Source: Dimargaris cristalligena | Taxonomy: Eukaryota | Direction of reading: 5' to 3' | Length of the DNA: 40,711 bases | Assembly: GCA_003614675.1 (NCBI GenBank) | Contig: ML002335.1 | Coordinates: 1 to 40,711 of the forward strand | Part shown: positions 33,084-40,711 of the stretch, in pieces | How positions within the stretch are numbered: position 1 is the stretch's first letter | Layout of the letters: each line of letters begins with the position of its first letter | Made by a program: the position numbers and the translations under genes | The notes under the pieces: generated by a model | Told to the model about the DNA's origin: nothing | Seen by the model: only the letters and a program-made list of their open reading frames with translations | Database searches by the model: none

Positions 33084-34757
33084 ATGCTACCCGCCCGTGT
33101 TCCTAGCCGGTTCCGCGCGGCAGTCACGGCTCTGAGTCTTTACCAGCTCATCTTGGTCGCTGTCCTAGCCCTATGTATCACCACCACCACTCCCGTTTTG
33201 GCGCATAAGGCCGCTGCTGTTGCCCCCGCTCCCAATGAAGCTTCCACCCTGGAGCAACAGTCCGTCATCCGCCACATTGACCTCACTTCCACGGTCGTGC
33301 ATGAAACAGTCGATGTTGTCCTCGTCAACCGTGGCGAAGCTCCCGCCGAACGCTACTTCTGGTTAATGCCCAACGCCACCGACGCTCAGGCTGCTTTGGT
33401 CTACGCCAGCGTAGCTCCGCCATCCGACCAACCCCTGCCCATCGTACGTTTGGACGAACCGCTCACCGATGCTGATACCGCCAAGGACGGTTCTACTTCG
33501 ACTCCCAACACTTATGTGGTGTACTCCATCGAACTACCCACCCCCTTGGCCGTTGGGCAAACGATCGAGCTGAAGATTCTGGTGGTCCATACCCAGGCTA
33601 CCCACCCGTTTCCCCGCCGCATCGGCCAGTTTGACAGCCAGAGCCTCCGGTTTGACGGAAACGCTTATCTCACTAGCCTATACTTCACCCACGAGGAGAA
33701 GACCGTCATCACCCTCCGGGGCGGTAACGTCCACTCCTACAGTACCGATCCCCAACCGGTCGCCAAAGTCGCCAAGAAAATCACGTACGGGCCCTACCGG
33801 TCGGTACCCGCCCTCGCCCAGCAACCGATCCAGATACACTACCCCTTTGCCGACCCGGGCCTCTGGATCCCTTCGGCCGTACGACATATCGAGATCAGCC
33901 ACTGGGCCGGCCAGCTTTCCGTCGACGAACACGTGGTGGTCCGCAATAACGGCGCTCTACTCAAGGGCAATTACCAAATGAATCTGATGCTGGGCCCCGA
34001 TTCGACCAACGGGTTCGTGGTTAACCAGTTCATCCTGAAACTACCGAAGGATTCCCACTCCGTCTATTTCCGCGACGAAGTAGGCAACGTGTCCACCACC
34101 AACCTGAGCTACGATGCTAGTTTCGGTCGCCTCCAATTCGTTTCCCGTTACCCGCTGGCCGGAGGGTGGATCTACAACTGGAACCACGGCTACAAACAAC
34201 CCTTAGCCGATGTGTTGCGCTACGACGGTGCGACCGACCGTTACAATCTTCAAGTCCGTCTCCCGACGTATTTCCCCAATGCCCCCGTGGAAGAGGCCGA
34301 ACTAGAGGTCGTCCTCCCTGAAGGGGCCACAGACATCCAAGTATCCATGGGCATGGCGGTCGAATCCATGGAACAGACCCCTTACTATACCTACATGGAC
34401 AGTGTCGGGCGACCCCTACTCCGGATCCGCCGGCGTTTGGTGGTGGATGAACACCAAATGTACCCCATCATCGTCTCCTACCGTTTTGACGTACTGGCCC
34501 TCCTCCTGAAACCGCTGGCCTTGGCCGGACTGTTCTTCGGCCTGTTCCTGCTGGCATCCATCAAAAGTCGCCTCCACTTTAGTCTTTTACCCGCGTCAAC
34601 TAAGGTATCCACCTCCACCACTACCCCGCTGACGCCCGGCTTGGCTAGCTCGGACTCGATGGTTGGTTCGACGAAAGAAAAGCACGATACTGCGGCCCCT
34701 GCTGCTACCCCCACCAAAACCGGTGAGGGCAAGAATAAGAAGAAGAAGAAGAAGTAA
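33084..34757 (+). CDS. OST1: Oligosaccharyltransferase subunit ribophorin I
   Basis: Signal peptide; IRHIDL, PFPRRIGQFDSQ, ITYGPY, IEISHW, YFRDEVGNVST, RYPLAGGW, VVLPEGATDI and YMDSVGRP; C-terminal TM helix and poly-Lys tail. Intronless. Confidence 0.95.
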   Translation: MLPARVPSRFRAAVTALSLYQLILVAVLALCITTTTPVLAHKAAAVAPAPNEASTLEQQSVIRHIDLTSTVVHETVDVVLVNRGEAPAERYFWLMPNATDAQAALVYASVAPPSDQPLPIVRLDEPLTDADTAKDGSTSTPNTYVVYSIELPTPLAVGQTIELKILVVHTQATHPFPRRIGQFDSQSLRFDGNAYLTSLYFTHEEKTVITLRGGNVHSYSTDPQPVAKVAKKITYGPYRSVPALAQQPIQIHYPFADPGLWIPSAVRHIEISHWAGQLSVDEHVVVRNNGALLKGNYQMNLMLGPDSTNGFVVNQFILKLPKDSHSVYFRDEVGNVSTTNLSYDASFGRLQFVSRYPLAGGWIYNWNHGYKQPLADVLRYDGATDRYNLQVRLPTYFPNAPVEEAELEVVLPEGATDIQVSMGMAVESMEQTPYYTYMDSVGRPLLRIRRRLVVDEHQMYPIIVSYRFDVLALLLKPLALAGLFFGLFLLASIKSRLHFSLLPASTKVSTSTTTPLTPGLASSDSMVGSTKEKHDTAAPAATPTKTGEGKNKKKKKK

Positions 34758-35950
34758 AGGGGAAGATAGTGGAAAGGAAAATAGGTCAATGGGGCGCCCG
34801 TTAGCATCAGTCGTTCATTTTTACCGCCAATTCCGTGGCTTACTATCTATTAATACATGCCAATGGGCCACTCACCATGGCTCGTTATTCGAATAAAAAA
34901 ATAATATATTATAAATGTTTACTATCCCTTGTAACGAATAAGTTGTGGGCGGTATCCCAGTATTGGAAGTTTGATGGCAGAATGTGTAGAGTGGCGAAGA
35001 GGTTACAATTCCCCGTAGTATTCTGACCGTAGACTATGTTGGATATACCCACAAATTCTTTCAAAGTATGTTATGCCTAGATTGATCAATCAAATATACT
35101 AGCACCGATGCAAGGAAGTGAGAGTCGTCAGGAACTGGTTAAATTCGCTGCGGGAATATCCGTTAAATATGCCTCGACCGATAGAAATGCTTTAATTAAT
35201 GCGGCATTGCGGGTGACAGTAAATGGGGACGTTTGCCATTATGGGGCAGCAATAAAGCTGACTAAGTTAGCTGTACTATGGGATTGGGGAGCTTAATATA
35301 CTAGACACCACCACCAAACTAGAGCAATGGTGCATAAGGGGCGGGTATAATCAGCTTCAGTAAGTGTCATTTTTTAAAACTGTATTTGATGTCTCAGGCC
35401 AATCCTCCGAAAATCATCAATGGCCTTAAACTGCATTTTATCCGAGTCCTTTAAAAGTCAGATTAACTCTCCATATTTGGGCTGGCCCAATTTATATGGA
35501 ACTCAAGTTTATGGCCATGCCAATTGAGTCAAGGAATCTTGAACGTCACTAATAACAAAGAAGCTGAATGACAAGAAGAAGTTGGCCTCAAACAATAAAT
35601 ATACTCCATGAGGTATTATGTCGAAATTAATTTATTGAAAATGCCGTGTTGAACGACCAAATCAAAGGAACCGAAAAACTATCGGGAAACTTTAGGGTGT
35701 ACTGGAATATAATTACATACTATCAGAAATGGCATATATATATATATACATGAGCTAAAAGTAAACAAGAAAACTACCCAATAGGTATAATGTGATAATC
35801 ACAAAGTTATTGAAGCGTAAAGCGTGGTGGAAATATAAATACGACGTTACATTTCGCCAAGAATGAACCATTGACGATTTGGATGAGAGTTAAATAATGC
35901 CTGTTGCAAGTCAAGCCCATATCTGGGGGGGGTCGTTAGGAGAAGAGGGT

Positions 35951-36394
35951 TTAATGTAGCCAGGTAACCCAGTTCATTCCAGACCGGGGGAAGTGCGCCT
36001 TGAACAGGCCGTCGGCGTAGGTGATGGTGGCCTTGTCAGTGACCACGTCGGCGGGCAGGTTGGCGACATGCTCGTAGACACCGAACTGCGTATTAGCAAA
36101 CACTAGTAGCTGCTGCTTCTCAATGTGGTAGCCGCACTTGGTCAAGTGGTAGGCGTCATGCCACTTGATAGTCACAGTAACGTGGGCATCGGTAGTTTCA
36201 GTATCAACAGCAGGGTTGAAGCACCGGTATTTGACTACAGCGGGGTCTTCAGGCGCTGGAGGAGCGGGCTTGGGGGGATCAGGGGCGGCGAAGAAGGAGT
36301 GGGAGGGGATGGGTGGTAGAGGCTCTTCCACGCGGCCGTTGGGGTTTTCGGTGATGCGGTAGAAGCGGTCGTTGAAGGGGTAGAAGGACGACAT
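35951..36394 (-). CDS. Small HSP20/alpha-crystallin-like protein, divergent
   Basis: 147-aa ORF with strong codon bias. C-terminal beta-sandwich pattern ending LPADV.TDKATITYADGLFKAHFPR, resembling the sHSP LP..V....A.Y.DG.L....P motif. Confidence 0.65.
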   Translation of the reverse strand: MSSFYPFNDRFYRITENPNGRVEEPLPPIPSHSFFAAPDPPKPAPPAPEDPAVVKYRCFNPAVDTETTDAHVTVTIKWHDAYHLTKCGYHIEKQQLLVFANTQFGVYEHVANLPADVVTDKATITYADGLFKAHFPRSGMNWVTWLH

Positions 36395-36532
36395 TGTGGG
36401 GAGGGGAAATGTATGGTTGTGCGGGGTTATAATGGGGAAGAAGCCTGGTGAAGGAAAAGGGGATATGAATGTTGATATTGGAAGAGAGAGAAGCGAGGGA
36501 TAATGATTGAGGAAAAGGGGGAGAACTGAGCT

Positions 36533-36543
36533 TCTTTATATAT
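36533..36543 (-). promoter_or_regulatory. Candidate TATA box of the HSP20-like gene
   Basis: Minus strand reads ATATATAAAGA about 140 nt upstream of the ATG, followed by a pyrimidine-rich leader. Confidence 0.45.
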
Positions 36544-38935
36544 GGAAAAGGCAGGTGCAGCCATTTTACCATATACCCCTGGTGGTCACTCTCCCATTTT
36601 CACATATTGTTCTGCTCTCTGCTTATTACCATTAATATTTAATGAACCAAGACACCCCACATGACCCGGCCTTGGCGATTGTCTGGTTCTATGTTTTTAT
36701 AATATGTTCTAACTAGAAGCCGAGGGTTCGACCGCCGCAGATCCCCTTCGATATCCCTCGAACCATCCGCAGCCAGTGGGTTCGCATCCTTCCCGTCGCT
36801 CGTTTACTGTCGGCCGACTTGTGCCTGTTGCTGCGGAGTCTAAATAACCGCGACCGCAGCCAGACACTTTATGGCAATATCTTAAGGGCGTGGGTAGTGA
36901 GGCCAGTAATCCATCCAAGTAAATTCTTTAGCCTGAGTGTCTTACCATACCAATGAGTCATTCCTACAGCCTGTAACCCCGCTGTTGGCCCAGTTGGAGA
37001 GTGAGGCCAGAACCATCCAGAACCGCATTTCTGGACTGGCAAATCCTTTCCACTGGCAGTGCCAATCCATACGGGCTACAGTGTCTTGCCTATGCGGCAA
37101 TAACCACCACCGTGCTACAAATTACCCAATAATACCAAGGCCGCTGTGTTCATTAGGCAAATAGTGTGGCTACTTCAGTAGTCAGTAAGGTGGTTTGGGC
37201 AGTGAATAACAAACAATGGATGATAGTGTTCTCAATGGACTTTGGTGGCAGAGAAAGACTTACAGCATGACTCCAATGAGCCTAACAAGAATACTTACTT
37301 GGGTAAAAGTGGTCACTGTGTTTGGGGCAACACACCAGCTTATATTATCATCATCTGAATTGGGTATATTTCCAATGGGTGACTTATGGCAATGGTGCTT
37401 ATTAGACCACACTGCCCACCAGCCGTCTGTATCCACACCTATCCCGGTCAACGAATATGCCCGACTCCAGTCTGGTATATTTCCCTCAACTCCGAGCATT
37501 TAGCTGTTGGTAGCAATTTCAGCGCACACTCTACAAGTATGTATTGATTATTCCACCATTACCCCTCAACCACAATTTGAAACCCTGCTTAGCATTGACT
37601 GCCGGGTTGGTGGCTATCGGTGCATGGATAACCAGAGGGTTTTTCACAGCATGTTAATTTTTCCTAATTAGATTTCTCGTCTGACCAGCCGCTATTTTGC
37701 TTAGTAATTCCTCCAATGCTCAATGTTCACGCTCCCATGTTTTTCGATCAATCTAATCATTTGTGTTCAACTCTGCTCTGACTTTACCAAAGAACGTGTA
37801 ATAAGGGCCAGCACGCAGCCATTGCCACCAAATTCAATAACTGCCAACGATAACCAGTCTTCTGGTTAAGGCTAGCTGAGGACCATCTCTATATAGATTT
37901 TGTTGAGAATGGGCTACTTTGTCAGCTCACGGCCAAATATTCCAATGGCAATGCTTCTTAAGGTCAGATGGCAACATCATTTAACTATTGAAAGGCATTA
38001 TTTTGATGAGCCGTCTTATCATTGTTGTATAATCGTTGCCCTCTCCTATTTCAAAGGCTTTCTTTTAAAAAAAGGAAATATTGTACCAATAGCCAATTAT
38101 TCTATCAGCATTGTTATCATATTGTTCGATTATTGTGGATATGGCCACGTCACATTTATTATCTTTGAAGAACACGAATTGGCCCGATCCCCTACTTAAT
38201 CATATATACTGACTACGGAGAATATACATTCCAATGTTTAGTTCCTTAGCTCTATGACACATTGGCTGGCTAAGGATGGATAACTCCAACACTTAATATT
38301 TGCCATTCTCAGCGTACTTTCTCATTTTTGTTAAAATGTATGCTTTCCTTATAAAACAAAATATTGTATGAATTGTATAGTGACTACGGATTCGCAATAC
38401 CAGGCCGAGATGTGTGATGAATGGATGTTACCTCTCTTTCAGAGCAGCTTGGTAATGCTGCGGGGGGTCACCGGCTGTCCGGAATGGAAAACTTTCGTCA
38501 AATTGGACGAACCAAACCCAGAGGTGCTTGGACTTATGCCTTACGGACAGTACCACTGGAGGGTATACCCAATGTAATAAAGCACGTGCGAGTCTTGGAT
38601 AGTATATATAATTTCAGTGAATAAAATAAATATATTTAGTTATATAGTATTGATTTACATCTCCATTTAAGTAGCATTTATACTGTCGGAACCCGGCAGG
38701 TTTCGTTGGATGGAGAAGAGTCAGGCCCCAGTGGGAAAATAATAGAGCCAACTCACCGAGCCCTGAAAGACAGAGGAGGATAGGGCTGGATGGAAGTCGG
38801 TGGTAATGCTGATGTTTCTAGTGGAGAGACCGAACAGTGGCAGGATGAATAAAGCAAAAAAATCCAACATTTTATTTAAAAACGAAATCAAGTAGACCTA
38901 TATAATTAAATTCAGAAGTACGTACTCCAAAAGCA

Positions 38936-39405
38936 ATGGCCACTTTCGACTTCATCCATACCGATTCCTTCACTAAACTCTTACTGGATGATGCCTTTAA
39001 GAGATATTTATTAGAAAATGAACTGGATCTGAACAGTTCCCAAATACTGGAAAGCGATATCAATTACCGAAGTGGGGTGTCATACTCAGACTCGTACTTT
39101 GGCTTGTGATAGCGTTCAGGATCATATCCTCCACTTTTTGAGAACATTATCCGCAAGCCTAAGTACACCAGGCTACAAAGCCAGGGGGAATAAGATTGGA
39201 GGTGTCCATATGGCCATCAACGATGCATCATTCACCATCGGAGGCTCCTGCTATCGAACAGGATCTCATTTCGGTGGATGGCTGCTCACCCACGGTTTCA
39301 GAGAAGACAATTGAATACTTTGTTGGGACCTATGGTAATGCCCATGTCGCAATCGAATGGATAATTTCAGAAATGATCTTGACTGATGAATTCAATGAAA
39401 TTTAA
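38936..39405 (+). pseudogene. Possible decayed gene fragment
   Basis: Protein-like reading MATFDFIHTDSFTKLLLDDAFKRYLLENELD... is broken by TGA-TAG, TAA and a frameshift into ...EKTIEYFVGTYGNAHVAIEWIISEMILTDEF. Confidence 0.3.
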
Positions 39406-39785
39406 TATTCCCCATTTATTCACTATGCAGCATGGCATAGGCAATTGTTAGACCCAAATAATTTATTGAGTGCGTTTTTTGTATAGCTATAGGTAAATAT
39501 TCCGGTCCAATAAAATATAAACTAAAGTATTGCTAATACTAAATAAGGGACTATTAAGTAAAGTCAAAACAGGACTTTAATACTAACCCCTATAACTAAC
39601 TAATGAACAGTTGGTAAAGCACGGGTGCTGGCAAACATCATAGGAAAAACGTAGATAATGGGACAAATTACTAAACCATAAATAGACTTGCCAGTAAAAT
39701 GGCGCTTAGGGTAGGCAAAACCACATCAGGGCTCTGGGTATGGAATAGCAAGGCAAAGGGGTAAATAACACCAAGCAAATTGATT

Positions 39786-40711
39786 TCAGGATCCGGTCCA
39801 CCCACCACTATCAGACCATTTTAACATCTTCTCGACCACCGTCTTGTCCTCAAAGGCCAATTTGGGCAATGCGTGTCCTTTAGGCAGGGCCGACCGTAAT
39901 ACCCGAAATGATACTGAGGGATATTTATCATCTTCTGAATTGGGACTGGGGATTAAGCGAATCATGCCATACGCACCATACTCGGCTGCGCAATGACCAA
40001 AATCAGTATTGCTGTACTCCAGTGTCCATTCAAGTACATCAATGAGCAACAGGTAAGCCTGGTGGAATCCCAGGTGCTGGGCACATTTGATTACGTCGAC
40101 ATTATTTTTAAGGGCATTTAATGCCACTTCGGCAAGATCACCTTGGGTAAATTCCAGGGCCATCAGGTACAAAAAATCCATATTGAGATAATTTGTGTTT
40201 CGCAATTTTAGAAGTTCGGTAATGTATTGGCTGAGTTTGTCGAATTGCTCATCAGCAGCCAGGGCGCCGGTGATTTCCGATACGATGGATCCGTATACCA
40301 TATACTCCCCAATAGAGGTAATATCCAAACTAAGGTAATCGGTGAATAACTCTCCATTGGGGGAAAACGCATCACTGAATGGTTCTACTAGCAAATTTAT
40401 ACTATCATATGAAAACCTCAATGTGGATAACCTCTGGGTCACCTTGCAGAGTTTATCAGCAGTGTTAGCGAGGGCGAATCCCACCAGTGGCAATGTCTTC
40501 ACAAGCTGTGCTCGGAACCGTTGATCAAATCGTACATAGTACCATTCTTCGTAGACTTTTTGTAGCGCTGGTACCAGTTCGGGTAGTTCCAAAATAGTAT
40601 TCTAGCCCTCAAGAGAAGAAGGCATTCCTTCGGGCGTGATTCCATAGTTGGATAGCCCCTCATAGAGCCACTGGAACACAGTATTGGCAAACCCAATACC
40701 CATAAGTCCTG
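39786..40711 (-). pseudogene. Orphan helical protein gene, 5'-partial, with an in-frame TAG at 40604-40602 (pseudogene or splice acceptor)
   Basis: The 268-codon ORF has no ATG at its start. The same frame is open upstream of one TAG to the window edge (GLMGIGFANTVFQWLYEGLSNYGITPEGMPSSLEG*NTILELPE). Confidence 0.5.

Overview
Eukaryotic, intron-containing DNA (GT-AG introns, GC3-rich exons, AT-rich intergenic DNA with microsatellites), most consistent with an early-diverging fungus. That assignment is inferred from gene content and style, not a database result. The gene models were built by hand. Minus strand: a C3HC4 RING E3 (Psh1-like, runs off the left edge); an orphan protein; an ERGIC-53/Emp47-type L-lectin (2 exons); HMG-CoA lyase (3 exons, ends SKL); an M28B GCPII/Vps70/Tre-type peptidase; a 7-exon TRAIP-like RING-H2 ligase that the ORF track almost entirely misses; UTP11 (5 exons); SQT1/AAMP (3 exons); a divergent HSP20-like protein; and an orphan ORF with an in-frame stop at the right edge. 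Plus strand: an NmrA-like protein, TMEM184/Hfl1 and OST1/ribophorin I. Non-coding highlights are two inverted copies of a 144-bp TIR-bearing MITE-like element, two promoter minisatellites and a degenerate accessory region at about 36.7-40.7 kb. No CRISPR array, tRNA or rRNA was recognised, and I found no clearly novel multi-gene system. The strongest leads are the fungal TRAIP-like gene, the MITE pair, the hidden C-terminus of the RING gene and a stop-free 3n intron in HMG-CoA lyase.
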